Source of the DNA: Geosiphon pyriformis uo1 | Lineage: Eukaryota > Fungi > Glomeromycota | Assembly: GCA_016748015.1 (NCBI GenBank) | Contig: JAAOMT010000697.1 | Span: 318,868-382,867, forward strand | Direction: 5' to 3' | DNA length: 64,000 nt | Shown: positions 37,430 through 51,355 of the stretch, in pieces | Numbering within the stretch: position 1 is the first letter of the stretch | Layout of the letters: every line of letters starts with the position of its first letter | Notes under the pieces: model-generated | Seen by the model: the letters and a program-made list of their open reading frames with translations, nothing else | The model's database searches: none | Told to the model about the DNA's origin: nothing | Program-made: the position numbers and the translations under genes

Positions 37430-39908
37430 GTGATGACTATTGGAACAATAGGAAAGAACCACTCCTCGTATGGAAAAGCACTATTTCAATACTTTCGAAA
37501 AGACCTAAGAATAGCAGCAGGAACCACTTATACAGAAAGTGATTTTTGTAACTATATCAATGCAAAAATTGACTGCTTGTTAGGCTGCACAACTGATACA
37601 GGAAGACTTGAAGAACAAATTCATCAAAGCTTACTAGGATACTCAACAGTCATAACTATCCAAGCAATCGCTGAAACTCTGCGCATAATCGATACAGACA
37701 TTAAATATTATGTGGCACAATGATTCTCTCAAGTACAACAACCAGTAAAATCTGATCCTAAGGAATATGAAAACAAATCCAACAAACCCATAACTGCCCA
37801 AGCCAAGTCCATGGTCAACAAGAAACCAAGGATCCTCTCCCCAACAACTCTATTATACCATCAGACACCCCAAAATAGAATTGTATTCAACCCACTCCCA
37901 AAAACCCAGTCAGAAACACCACAAACTCCTGAAAATCCACACCCTTGGAATCAACACAGTTGGACCAAATCACTAGGAGAATATGGATCGCTGTTTGGAA
38001 ATTTTAACCCAGCAGCTGGTTAAACAGAAGGAAACCTGTTAACTTGGGAACAGCCACCAGCACAAAACCTAGCAGAATTAGCATCTCCCCTGATGGAAGA
38101 AACAGCTATCTTACAACCTATTGGTTCAAATAACAAAGGAAAGCAACCAGCATTAGCACCCAGAGAACACTCAAATACGTGGACACCAATCCCTTTAAAC
38201 ATAACCAGTAACACCCCACCCATTAACCAGATCATGGCTTACCGGGATATCGCTAAATTGGAAAAATTCTCTGGTGAAGAAGATAACACATATTCTTGGA
38301 TCGCAGATGCTGAGAAAGCAATTACCACTAATGGTTAGAATGATGACTGCACAGTTCAGACACTGCCATTTTTTCTGACCGGAACCACTAATTTGTGGTA
38401 CCAGAGCCTGGCAGAGAAGCCTACTTTCTTTACCAAGTTTAAACTCACATTTCTGCAATACTTCTGTAACCCCAATACGTTAATTTGATTGCAGAATCAA
38501 TTCAGTATAATTAAACAAAAAGATCACGAAGCAGTAACTACTTATCTTGGATGATTCAATCAAATCTTGCATCAAATATTAGCTATTGAAAGGGACTACT
38601 ACACCATGGCGCAAGTTTTTAATCAATTCATTAAAGAATTGTGGAGTAGTATTCTAAAATCCATAAGACCCTACCATCCGACCAGTTTACAAGACGCCGT
38701 CACTCTCACTCGTGATTTTGAGTCTGCAGAACAAGAAGTAAACCATACCCAAGCCGTTAATTTAGCCATTAACAAAACCTCTGACATCGACATAAAGATA
38801 ACCCAATTGAGTGAGAAACTAACTCAGAAAATTGAGAGATTCTTAGCTGGAACTACAGGAACTTACCAACCACCCCAACAGAAAAAAAATAACAACAACA
38901 GCAGATACCCACAGCAACAGAACTGTCAGCAACAGCAACAACCTTGGAGATCTGATCCCCACAACTGCTATTACTGCCAGAAATCTGGACACATTGCCCG
39001 TGACTGCAGAAGAAAGATCATGGACCAAAATCAAGGAAACCTATACCAGCAACCCAGATATCAGCAAAACATGGTACCCCAATACTTCATACCTCAGAAT
39101 CAACTGCCTCTATATGCACAACAGGTCCTGTACACTCAACCACCACCCCAGAATTATTATCAACCACCACCAATGACACAAGCAATCCCTCACTATCAAA
39201 CTTCCCCTTACAGCCCATCCAGACTTTGAGCTATAGACTATAATCAGGGATGAAGAAATTCCAACAACAATCAGGTGCAAACCAACAGTGGACTGTCTCG
39301 ACCAATCTCTCGCAGTCCTGCCCAATCTCGACCAACACTAACTAGATACCCGAATCAAGCTTCCTATCTTGGTCTTATAGAAAACCAGGGTTTTGATAAA
39401 TCTACACTTGTGGAAAGGGGGGATATAGAATGAATCTCCCAACCTTCCAAGCAAACAAAAAGCAATATCCCACCAGCCATTATTACTGAAGACACTACCT
39501 TAGCCACCATATTTTTTTTTAACATCAATAATTTGAACACACATAGCCTTTTTAGTAGAGCAGCCATCAATCAGGATAAACCAATAATGGCCCTATACAC
39601 CAATGCCAGAGTCGGAGAAATAGATATTAAATTAATCCTGGATAGTGGATCAGCTGGTAGCATAATCACGAAACAGCTCATGGACCAACTAGATCGCCGA
39701 GTAGACTGTACTACTACTGCCCAGATCATTACAGCAGATGGAAACACAAAAACCCCAATAGGAGAAATTGACAACTTCTCCTTCGAGATTAATGGAATCC
39801 AAATTCCTACCAAAGTACTTGTCATGGAAGCTACTCAATATCAAGCTCTAGTAGGAAATGACTGGTTGTCAAAAACCAACACTATTCTCGACTGGAACAC
39901 CCAAGAAC
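37430..39908 (+). pseudogene. gag-protease of C
   Basis: MAYRDIAKLEKFSGEE, CYYCQKSGHIARDC and LILDSGSAGS motifs. Confidence 0.9.
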
Positions 39909-40094
39909 TTCCAACATTGCCCAAACGTACTACTGAATGGATCTATGAAAACCATAATAGTTAACAGCATAGGATGAATAACCAATCAACAGTTCGAAGA
40001 TCTACAAAAGGCAATACTCAAGGCAACAATCAAACATTACATGAATAAAGCCATGATAACAGATACATATGGTTTCACAGGAGCTCAATTTTAA
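39909..40094 (+). pseudogene. C-terminal remnant of ORF3 in C
   Basis: FQHCPNVLLNGSM..IG(R)ITNQQFEDLQ...FTGAQF* aligns to ORF3 of B. Confidence 0.75.
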
Positions 40095-40108
40095 AAAGAG
40101 AGGGATAA

Positions 40109-41203
40109 TGTTACCTGAGTAGAAAAACTGATCCAAAGTTATGAAGAAACATGACCAAACTGTGACATAACACAGAATAATGCACAATAATGTTGGATAA
40201 CACGTTATAATATTGGATAACGTGTTATAATGCAGAATAACACAGAATAACGCGCAATAACATAGGATAACATGTTATAACGTAGGATAACACAGAATAA
40301 CATGTAATAACATCAAATAATGTGTTATAACATAGAATAACTAGTGATAACATAGAAAAACAAAGCAATAACAGAAACAACAAAGCAATAGCTAGCAATA
40401 GTGAGACAATTGAAAGCAATCTTGTAAAACTAAAAGAATGTATAAAAACAAGTAGTTGTAGAAGTGAGAAAAAACAGAGAAGAAAAAATAGATACGAACC
40501 TCTAGACCAGAAATTAAAATATCCATACTCCTTCATCCTTTATTATTTTCTCTATTTCATCTCCTGAAATAAATCAATTATTAAAAGAAATCAGAATTAC
40601 GAATTTATGTTCTCGAACTTCATGAAATTTACGTGAATTAACCCTTGTCTTGTACCTCTGTTCTAGAACAGATGTTCTTAGCATAACCACCTCGAACCTA
40701 TTAATGATTTGGACCAATCGCTCTTGATCACAGTGATTGACGATACTAATTTATCTTTTTCTCTTTTTTCTTTTCTTTTCTTTTTCTTTTTCTTTCTTTT
40801 TCTGTCTTAATTTTTTTGTGAAGTGGCAACATAGTAAAATTGACTGTCTGGGAATAGACTTTGTGATAGCCTGGTAAAAGAGGGAAGCTCTCCTTAAGTT
40901 TTGGATATTAACATTATCTTGTTAGCTTACCAGAAGAGTGAAAAGACAATGCCAGACCCTAATGACTGTACTCATTAGCTCAGAGAAGAAAGCTCACATT
41001 TACAAAAAACGTTGCAATCAACAAAAGACAAACTCTGTGCTTTATAACCAAAGAACTCAACGGGTAAAATTCACATCCAGGAATAGATCTTCAGAGACTG
41101 ATAATCAAGACTAAGCCAACAGAATTACGCGGAAGACGCATCATCAATAATTGAAAGCACCAAACATTACCATTTCCCATACCCATCAAGTTTACCCGTA
41201 ACA
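40109..41203 (+). repeat. 3' LTR of C
   Basis: Preceded by PPT AAAAAGAGAGGGA. Confidence 0.96.
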
Positions 41204-41250
41204 GCATTAACATAGAGAAAGAATGTCTGGTGGAGAAAACTAGCTTCTGG

Positions 41251-42091
41251 TATTATAGATGATTATTTGGGGTCTTAAATCAAATAACAAATTCATAACT
41301 TGACACTCAATATCTTGACAATACTGATGTTACTGGCACATTGATTGTATCTGAAGATTTTTAGAGTAGAGTCTTTTGTATAATGGATAGAGATTCAATA
41401 ACAATGTAGTTGGTTGGTAAGTTGTGTTCCCAATTTCTGTCTTCAACTTGGTGGCTGGTTTATTCTGATATTTGTGCCCTTCTGATAAGCTATCTGTTAA
41501 TATATATAATTTTACCCTTATTTCTGGTTCTTTTACCAGGCTATCTGTGATGTTAATTACTCAGCGCTTTAATCCTTAATTGGTTAGTATTCAACAAAAA
41601 AAATCAAAGAAAAAAAGAAATAAAAGAAAATAAAAAAATGAGCCAAGGTAATGTACAAGTTAGTATCTCATCAATAGTCATGATCAAGAGCTATTGTTCC
41701 AGCATAGTTAAGTATCAATTACTATCAACATAAAGTGTTGATAATAGAGAGTGAATTTGGATAGTAGATAATTTATTTATTTAATATTTATAAATGGAAG
41801 ATTTCTAACTAAAGATTTTCCTCTTTCTATTTCTAATGCTACTGCTATATATACATAATTGATGTTCTATAAGATTGCTCACATTCCCGAGCAATGTGCT
41901 ATGATTTCTTGAGCAATGCTTACATTGCTGAACAATGTGCCCTAATTTTCTAATATTGCTCCACATTGCTGAACAATGTACTATGCTTTCTGATATTGTT
42001 TCACATTGCTAAGCAATGTGCTTACATGCTAAATACTATTTTCTTATTGGTCTACTATTTTCTATATCTGTTTTTCTTTTTATGAGTAATA
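41251..42091 (-). repeat. 3' LTR of D
   Basis: Direct repeat of 50476-51355, one about 40-bp unit shorter. Confidence 0.95.
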
Positions 42092-42104
42092 TTATCTCCT
42101 CTTT

Positions 42105-42740
42105 TTAATATTGAGTTCTGTCGAAATCTTTGTTTTGAATTAATTCTAATACTTCTTTTTCAAGTATTGTTTGTTTGACTCTGTTTTTTATATCTTCTAC
42201 TTGTGTATTGTTCATTCTTCCCTATTGGTTAATGGTTATGGTTTCCATGTCAGAGTGTAACAGTATTTCTAGATAGTTTTGAAATATGTTGTGTAGTCAA
42301 TAAATTGTTCTTACATGTAGTGTCAAGTTTGTTTTTTTCCCAATAAATTCTTCAATTTGCTGTATTATGTTTTGGTTAAATACTCTCTTGGATTTGTTAA
42401 TATACAACTCCTGAATATTCAACTTTTGACTTAGCTGATAGTAACAGTATGATATTGGAAGTTGTTCTGTCCATTGCTTTCAATTCTCTTTTGTAAGTTT
42501 TTCTGTTGGTGCCATAATAGGTATTTTTTCAAAAGTGTTTTTTACTTTTTCTATTATGTTGTCTAACCAGTTTTTATCATTTTTTGGTAACTACTAATAT
42601 GGTGTATTTTTTGTTTTTCTTTTGGTATTTCAATAGCAAATTGTTTGGTTATTAATGGTAATTTCCATGTCTAAAGGTTGTTGACTTAAGGCCTGAAATA
42701 ATTGTTGAGCTATGGCGTGAATATGATCTGGTATTTCTAT
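42105..42740 (-). pseudogene. ORF3 of D
   Basis: EIPDHIHAIAQQLF...SYCYYQLSQKLNIQELY...FDRTQY* is homologous to ORF3 of B. Confidence 0.78.
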
Positions 42741-42799
42741 TTTTCTTGGTTGCCTTTATCACATATACTGTGTCTTTATATATTCTTTTATTGTTTGAT

Positions 42800-45700
42800 T
42801 TTACATGTTTGGTCTGATGATTATGATTGGTTCCAGATCTCATGGAATCTCATCTGGTTGAATTGGTATTTGTTGTACTCTTAATTGTAGAATGTTATTG
42901 GTAGATGATGATACTATTTGGTAATATGGTTTCAATTGATCACCATGTGCTGCTTTGGCTAAGGTTTTGTTGTCCTATCTTAGTTTATAAGCTCTATTTC
43001 CAAGAATTTTTTCTATGTGAAATGGTCTGTTCCATTTGGGATCAAATTTTTCACTCTATTGTTTTTCCGCTTTGGTACAATATAGAAGTACTTTGTCTCC
43101 AATCTTGAATTCAACTGGTTTATCTGGTAATTGGTTATTGTGTTGTTGTTTTTGCTTTTTTTGAGACTTTTGAATATTATCAGCTGCTTTTCATTGTCTG
43201 TTTTCTAGTATTTCCATTAGATCATATGTTCTTCTCAACAATGTTTCTTGAAAATTAGCTTCTGTTATTGGTTCCGTTGGATATGTGCTGATCTTTCTCT
43301 CAACTGGTAATGTTGCTGTTCTACCATATACCAATTCAAATGGTGTTGCTTGTGTAGTATCTTGTTTTATTGTCTAATAAGCAAATAATACTGATGGTAT
43401 AAACAAATCTCATTCATCTTGGTTTTCTTGACTGATTTTGGCAATTGCTTCACATAGTGTTCTGTTAAACCTTTCAACTAGTCCATTTGTTTGTGGATGA
43501 TATAGTGATGATAATGGTCTTTTTATCCCAAATCTTTGACTTAATTCTGTTAATGTTCTATTCACAAAATGAGTTTTTTGATCTGATAATAGTTCTTTTG
43601 GACATTCATGTTGACATATCAAATTTTGATGAACGAATTCGGTAATGGATTTTGCATCTGCTTTTTGAATGGCTTTTGCTTCTGGCCAATTTGTGAGATA
43701 GTTTATGGCTACTGCAATATATCTGTTGCCTCTGCTGGTGATTGTTAATGGTCTGACTAAGTCAATTCCAATGTGATCGAATGGGTGTCCTACTTTGATT
43801 GGTCTTAATGATTTACTTGGTCTTGTTCTATCTCTTCTCTGACAAGCATCACAATTCTGAACATATTGAATGATGTCTGGATACATCGATGGCCAATAAT
43901 ATCTCTTTCTGATTTTTTCTATGGTCACTTCTTTATGAAAATGTCCTGCTGTTGGGTCTGAATACATGTTGAATAATATTGTTTTTTTCTCTGGTTCTGT
44001 GATTACTCTAGTTAGTTGATCTGGATTTTTTCTGTTCTTCTGGTAAAGTATATTTTAATGGTTGATAAAATTTTTTGATTGTTGTTTTATGTTTCTTTGT
44101 TCTTTTTGAGATAATTTCTCCTTGAACAATTGGGTATTTATATAATATTGAAGTTGTTGGTATTTTTGTATATTCATCTTTTGTTATATTTTTGGTTGGA
44201 ATGGTTTTAGATTTGTCTCATTCATAACAGTCTGTTAGCATTTTCATTGTTTTTTCCCTTTTTATAATGTACTGTATAATTAAATAGTAAAAGTTCTATT
44301 TTCCATCTGGCATAATGATTGTTTGCAAATTCTTGTTTCTGGATTGAAGTCAATCCTTTGTGATTAGTGTAAACTTCAAACTTTTGACTCAAGTATTCTT
44401 TTCATTTAATGACAGTTTAATAGATAGCTAAGTGTTCTAGTGCTAGAGTTCCATAGTTTTTCTTAGCTGAACTTAAGCTTCTACTGGTATAAGCTACTGG
44501 ATGTTCTTTTTCATCTGATTTTTTCTGTGATAGTACTGCTCCCAATGGTTAACCTGATGCATTGGTGGTAATTATGAATGGTTTGCTGTAATCTGAATAC
44601 ATTAATACTAGAGCTTGGATAAGCTTTCTTCTTAATGTGTCAAATGCTTTTTGTTGAACTTTGGTCTATTCATACTTTACATTCTTGGTCTGTAGATGAT
44701 GAAGTGGCTGAGCCAGTTTTGAAAAGTCTTTGATAAAATGGTGATAATAGTCTGCAAAACCTAAAAATGCTCTTAGTTCTGTCAAGTTGGTTGGTACTAG
44801 AAAGTTCTTAACTACTTCAATCTTGTCTGAATCTGTTTTGATTCCATCTTTGTTTACTACATGTCCCAAAAACTTGAGTTCAGTTTTTCCAAAGAAACAT
44901 TTGGTTGCATTTAGTTTTAATCCTGCTCTTTTTAATCTTTCGAACACTTGTTAAAGATGATGCAGATGATCATCGAATGTTTTTGAGAACACATTAGTGT
45001 TATCCAAGTATATGACTACTGATTTCTATAGTAATCCAGTATAGACAATTTTCATGAGCTGTTGGAATGTTGCTGGAGCATTCATTAAGCCAAATGGCAT
45101 GACTTCAAACTCAAAATTTCCTTCTTTTGTGGTGAACACTGTTTTTTCTTTGTTGGTTGGATCCATGACTACTTGCCAGTAACTCCTATCTAAATCTAAT
45201 GTTGAGAACCATTTATTTCCTCCAAAAGCATTGAATAGTTCTTGGATCTTTGGAGTTGGATAGCTATTACCTTTTGTTACTCTATTCAGTTTCTGGTAGT
45301 CTACACAAAAACAGATTTTTCTATTTTTCTTATGGACCAGTACCACTGATGATGATCATGGACTTATTGATGGCTGAATTAGCCCATTGTCAAGCATTCG
45401 GTTAATTTTTTGATGAATGATCTTATAACTAGCTGGTGGTACTCTGTATCTTCTTTGTTTAATTAGCATTATATCTCCAGTCTTAATCTAATATTAGATG
45501 ATGTTGATTTGGCCAAATTCATTTTTGCTAGCAAAGATGTCATTGAAATTGTTGAATAACATCTTGAGTTGCATCTGTTAAAGTGGATCTAAATTTTCCA
45601 TGTTTATCTGTTCCAATTGTTTTGGTTGAAGCAGATAACATTCACTTCTTCTATAGATAGTTTGTGATGTAATGTTCACATATCCACAAAGCTGTGGAAA

Positions 45701-48700
45701 ATCTGGAATGTGGTTTGGTGGTTGATCCTCAACTTCAGTGGTTAAATATCCAATGATGGTTCCCTTTGGTATTTTGATGACCTTTCCAGTTGTATTATAG
45801 ATAGAGATTTTGATGTTTTTGGGACTTTTGGCTGATATGTAGAGATTGGTGAGTCCAATCTCCTCTGATTCACAAATAGTGACTTCTGCTTCAAACAATT
45901 GAGCTTGATCTCTTACTTCCCTTTTTATGGCTAACATATACTGATCATATGGCAGAATGAAAATTGTTTGATGGGTTGAGATAATTTTTCTTTTGTCAAC
46001 AATTTTTTTCTTTGCCATATTAACTGGTATATCTATTCTATCCATAAATCCAAATCCCTATATCCCTTTTGCTGTTATCTCTAATTTTTCCCTGTTTCCC
46101 ATTGATATTAATTTAGCTACTTTCACCAGAGGCAGGAATATTGCCTATGCTATTTTTTCATTTGGCTCTATAATATAGGCCTTTTCTGAGTCATTTTGTA
46201 GCATAACAATGATATTTTCTACATACCCTGTGTTAATTATTTCTCTTCTGATGTTGATTTCTTTTTTTGCTAGACTACTCCTAAATGCTAATTGAATCAT
46301 GGTTGTTGCTGGAATTTCTAAAGCTATTTTGAGATTAATACATGTACACGAATTTGATTTTAATTTGATGGCTTCTTTTCCCAGATATCTTAGATCAAAC
46401 CCTGCATCAGTATCATGTGTGCATTTTGGCATGATACCTTTATTATTGTCACTATACTATTTGAGTTCTTGCTCCTTAGATAGATCAGAAAGTGCAATGT
46501 ATATTTTGAGGTTTGAATCAAAGTCTGGATCATTGATATTTTTATTGTCATATTGAGCAGAGCTGGAACCAGTGTTTTTCTTGTCATTGTTATTAGAGTT
46601 TGAATTGGGATTAAAAGTTGATTCTGATTCTGATATGCAGTTGTTCATTGGTTTGTCTTCTTCTGGGATTATGTAGATTATGTGTGGTGGTGGATTGTAA
46701 ATGAGATTACACTTATTACAATACTGGAAGTCACATGAAAGCAAACAGTGGTCACATAATTGGGTGTTTATTTCTTCCAAGCATTGTTTCTGCTCTTCTT
46801 TGGTGGGTGCTAATTGCTGGTAATGTTTGTAGAATTTCTTTGGGTTGTTCTCAATATTGCCAAAGATGTTGAAAGTTTGGATGTATTCAGATTCAGGAAG
46901 AGATAGAGGGTTGTTTTTTATTTCCAGTAGTTCACTGGTTGTCATGCCTTCTGTTTTCACATACGCCATTCTCCAGAGTTCATGTTTGTCATGAGAATAT
47001 CTTTCTAATCATCACAATGCTCTTTTCCAGGCATTATCAATAGGAGTTTCTTTGTATACTCAGTTGTTTATTAAGATAGTATACTGGCATGTCTTATTAC
47101 ATGTCCCTCCTCACCCAGGAATGTTATTCTACATTCCTTCATCAGGCAAGATAGTTTCACATGTGAGACATGATTGGTTGTCCCACTTTTTTTGTTGTTT
47201 TGGTCATTCAAAACATTCTATGATGCATGGGCAGCAATAGAATTTTGTTGCCATGACATATTTTTTATTGTTGTCATAACAAATGCTCATTAACAACAGT
47301 TTTTTGCCACAATTGACACACTCTAATTTTGGTCAACAATAATTGGATGGTTGTGATAAAATATAAGTGTATAAACTGTAAGTGCTGCTGGTGAGGGTAT
47401 TTTCTTCTTTTTTTTCTTTTCTCTTTTCTTTGTTAGTTTCTTCCCACTTTCAGGTTGCAGATTCATCTTGATCGTTATCCGTTTCTTAGGCTTGGGTGGT
47501 ATTCCAGATAAGTTTTTTGTTCTTCTTCCCTTTTCCTTTGTTATCCCAAGAAAGTATCAGTGGTAGCTCGTTGTGGTCTTTGTTGGCCCAAGAGACTTGG
47601 TATGCTTTTCAGATAGGTTTTTCTTTGTCTTCCTCGAATTTGATAAGTAGAGCTGTCAAGTTGGTGGTTTTAAAATGGCTGTATGTGACTAGTACACATG
47701 TGTGTTGACCATTTTGGCTCAGTTAAAGCTTCTGTGTTATCCAGTCTAGTATGGTGTTGGTTTTAGATAACCAGTCATTCTCTACTAATGCCTGATATTG
47801 GATTGCTTCCATTACTAGCACTTTAATGGAAATAATGATGCCATTGACTTCAAAAGGGAAGTCATCAATCTCACCAATGGGAGTTTTGGTTGCTCTATCA
47901 GCAGTTATGATCCTGGTGCTGGCAGTGTAATCAACTCAGTGACCTAATTGGTCCATAAGTTGTTTTGTAATGATGCTGCCAGCTAATTCACTATCTAGGA
48001 TCAGTTTAATGGAGTGGCCATCAACTTTGACATTAGTGTACATGGCAGTAATGGGTTTTTTTTCTAGAGCGGCTCCACTAAATAATGGCATGGTCGATGG
48101 TTCTTCGAGTTCAAATGGGAAGATAGCATCCAGTGATTTGTTCTTGGTGATGGTAGCTGGCAGAATGCTGCTGATAAGTGTTGAGTGTTGGTTGGTTTCT
48201 GGGTTATTGGGTTGAGCATCTTCTGGAGTAACCAGTAGACTTAAATAGTTCTGGAAATTCGGGTGTTGGGCATACCCAGTGCCCAAATTTCATTGTCGAG
48301 ATTCTGCTGGTTGGTAGACTACCATCAACAATTTCCAGCTTTGTTGGATCAATCTCAGCCTTTGGATTCTGTTTTGAGATAAGTTCTGTGGTGGTATTTG
48401 AATTCGTTGGAGCTAATATATTACCTGAAGCTGCAGCTGATAAATGGGTTGTGGCTGTAGCTAATAAATTACTGGTGTTGTCAGTTGATAAATTAGCATT
48501 TGATATACTGGTGATTGATAAGATGGCTGTTGCATCATAGGTAAGTAATTCTGATAATATGGTTCTGAGTTTGGTGGGTTATTCAGAATTTGAAACTGGT
48601 GATCAGGGTTTTAATATTGATTTCCTGATTGTTGGTTATTTAAGCGATGGTGGCAATCAATTTGTAGGTGTCCTTGTTTACCACAATAGTGGCAAACACG

Positions 48701-50430
48701 CGTTCCCTGTTGCCACTGTTGATTAGTCAATGATGATAGACATGATTAATTCTGGAAATGATTTGCATTTCCAGAATTATTGTGTTATTATGGTGGTTGA
48801 TAAATTGCATGATTGTCAGCTAAGTATCCCTCTAATTTCTGATTGATGGAATCACTAAATTGTTTCAATTTGGAATTCAATTCAGATGATCTATTTATTA
48901 CTAGATTAACAGCTTGGGTGTGGTTAGCTTCGAGTTTAGTGGCTTCAAAATCTCTGGCATTTGTGATGGCTGCTTGCAGATCAATAGGATGCATTGGACG
49001 TATGCATTGTAGAATACTATTGCATAATCTGTGAATAAACTGATTTAGAATCTGGGCTACTGTAAAATAATTGGGGTTGATGGCTTGGATCTGGTGCAGA
49101 TTCCTGTAGAAGCATCTTAAGTAAGTAGTGACTGTTTCATTTTCTCCTTGTTTGATGGTAGTGAAGATGTTTGCTAGCTTGTTAATGCTGTTATTGTTGC
49201 TGAAGTATCTTAAAAACTCTATTTTGAATGCATTGAAATCTTGGGGTTTGTTGACCAGGCTTTGGTACCATGAATTGACAGTATTCTGGAGAAAATATGG
49301 GATGGCTTGCATAGCTCTGGTGTCATTCCATCCATTAGCTGCAATGGCTTTCTCCACATTATTTAGTCATACTTGGGTGTTGTCCTCTTTGCCAGTAAAT
49401 TTTTCAAGTTTGGCTATTGGTGTGTATGCCATTGGATCTAAGTTGGATTATGGTAGTTGTTGAAGTAATACTAGTGGCTATTGAATCTGCTGGTGTGGTT
49501 GTTGTAATGGCTGGCCAATCAGTTCAACTGGTGGTGGGTTAATGACAATAATGGGAGGTAGGTCCAGTTGATTAATTAGATCAGGGTTCTAATTTTTCTG
49601 ATTTGGCAGTGGTTGAATATTTGGAGTTTTGATTTCCAAGTTTTCTAAATTTGAATTTTGCTGGATTTAAAAATTCGGGGTTCTAAATTCTAAGTTTTCT
49701 GTGATAGGGTTCTGGTAAGCAAATTCTTGATTTTCAGATTCTTTTTTTTCCTCTTTTTCTGATTCTGTTATTTTCCAAGGACTCGTGTTTCTGAAATCTG
49801 GTTGAGGTAGTGGTGATCAGAATCCTGATAGCGTTGGCAATTGTTATTTAAATCCTTCAAAGTAATCACCATATGGTTCTAATAACTCTGCTTTTTATTG
49901 TTTACTTTGAAATGAGAAGTGTCCAAAGGTTGATGTTACATTTGATGTGAATGCATCTGTTGATGAGATGTTGATGGCACTTCCAGGCATATAATAGTAT
50001 AATAGATGGATGGGTGATTCAACTTGGGTTTTCTTCTAATTGGGTGGTTGAATTTGTTTTGGTGTTACTGCTGGGGTTTGCAATTTTCTTTTGCCTTTAT
50101 CTGCATAGGTGATGGGGAATTGTTGTTGTGTATATCTTTCAATAGTTTAATTGATTTCCCTAATAATTGGTGTGAAACTGTAGTTTTTTGGTAAGCTAGT
50201 ATGTTAAAATAATTCTGTATAAAAATTTTCTCTTGCAGATTCAATGTTAACTGTTTCTCCTAAGCAGTCTGTGATTTTATTGTTGATGTAAAAGTTGAAG
50301 GCTGATTCCACTGGAAAATGATTATTGTTTAATCCTAATTGTTGACTGTACTATTGGAATAAGGATTTGGCAAATCTTAAATAGTTTGTTCCTATGATTT
50401 CTGATTCTGCCACTTTTGGATGATTGTTGA
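42800..50430 (-). pseudogene. gag-pol of D (gag, PR, Cys-rich region, dUTPase at about 46030-46432, RT, RNase H, IN)
   Basis: Colinear with B. Contains DAGFDL, YLD and HPQTNGLVERFN motifs. Confidence 0.93.
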
Positions 50431-50456
50431 TGGTGCTGGTTTTCGGTAGGATTATA

Positions 50457-50473
50457 CCTTATAGAGAGCACCA
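50457..50473 (-). promoter_or_regulatory. PBS of D
   Basis: TGGTGCTCTCTATAAGG, a G>A-decayed copy of the B PBS. Confidence 0.83.
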
Positions 50474-50475
50474 AA

Positions 50476-51355
50476 TGTTATAAATGATTATTTGGGGTCT
50501 CAAATCAAATAACAAATCTGTAACTTGGCACTCAATATCTTGACAATACTAATGTTACTGGCATGTTGGTTGTATCTGAAGGTTTTTAGAGTGGAGTCCT
50601 TTGTATAATGAACAGAGATTCAATAATGATGTAGTTGGTTGGTGAGTTGTGTTTCCAATTTCTGTCTTCAGCTTGGTGGCCAGTTTATTCTGGCATTCGT
50701 GTCTTTCTGGTAAGCTATCCATTAATATATATAATTTTACTCTTATTTCTGGGTCTTTTACCAGGCTATCTGTGACATCAATTACTCAGTGCTTTAATTT
50801 TTAATTGGTTAGTATTCAACAAAAAAAATAAAAGAAAGAAAAAAATAAAAAAAAATAAAGAAATAAGTCAAGGCAATGCACAAGTTAGTATCTCATCAAT
50901 AGCCATGATTAAGAGTTATTGTTCCAGTGTAGTTAAGTATCAATTACTATCAACATGAAGTATTGATAGTAGAGAGTAAATTTGGATAGTAGATGATTTA
51001 TTTATTTAATATTTGTGGATGGAAAATTTCTAACAAAGCTTCTCTTCTTTCTACTTCTAACACTACTGCTATATATACATAATTGATGTTCTATGAGATT
51101 GCTCATATTTCCGAGCAATGTCCTATGATTTCTTAAGCAATGTTTATATTACTGAACAATGTGCCCTAATTTTCTAATATCGCTCCACATTGCTAAGCAA
51201 TGTACCATGCTTTCTGATATTGCTCCACATTGCTGAGCAATGTGCCATGATTTCTGACATTGCTTCACATTGCTGAGCAATGTGTTTATGTGCTAAATAC
51301 TATTCTCTTATTGGTCTACTATTTTCCATATCTGTTTTTCTTTTTATGAGTAACA
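50476..51355 (-). repeat. 5' LTR of D
   Basis: Direct repeat with a U3 array of palindromic CACATTGCT-G-AGCAATGTG units. Confidence 0.95.

Larger units (their letters stand above)
36273..41203 (+). mobile_element. Internally deleted (non-autonomous) Ty3/Gypsy element C
   Basis: 1095-bp LTRs and GCAT TSD. Has PBS, gag and protease, then jumps to the end of ORF3 and the PPT. No RT, RNase H or integrase. Confidence 0.93.
41251..51355 (-). mobile_element. Ty3/Gypsy LTR retrotransposon D with dUTPase and ORF3
   Basis: LTRs at 41251-42091 and 50476-51355, CTGG TSD, PBS at 50457-50473, and the same domain order as B. Confidence 0.95.
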
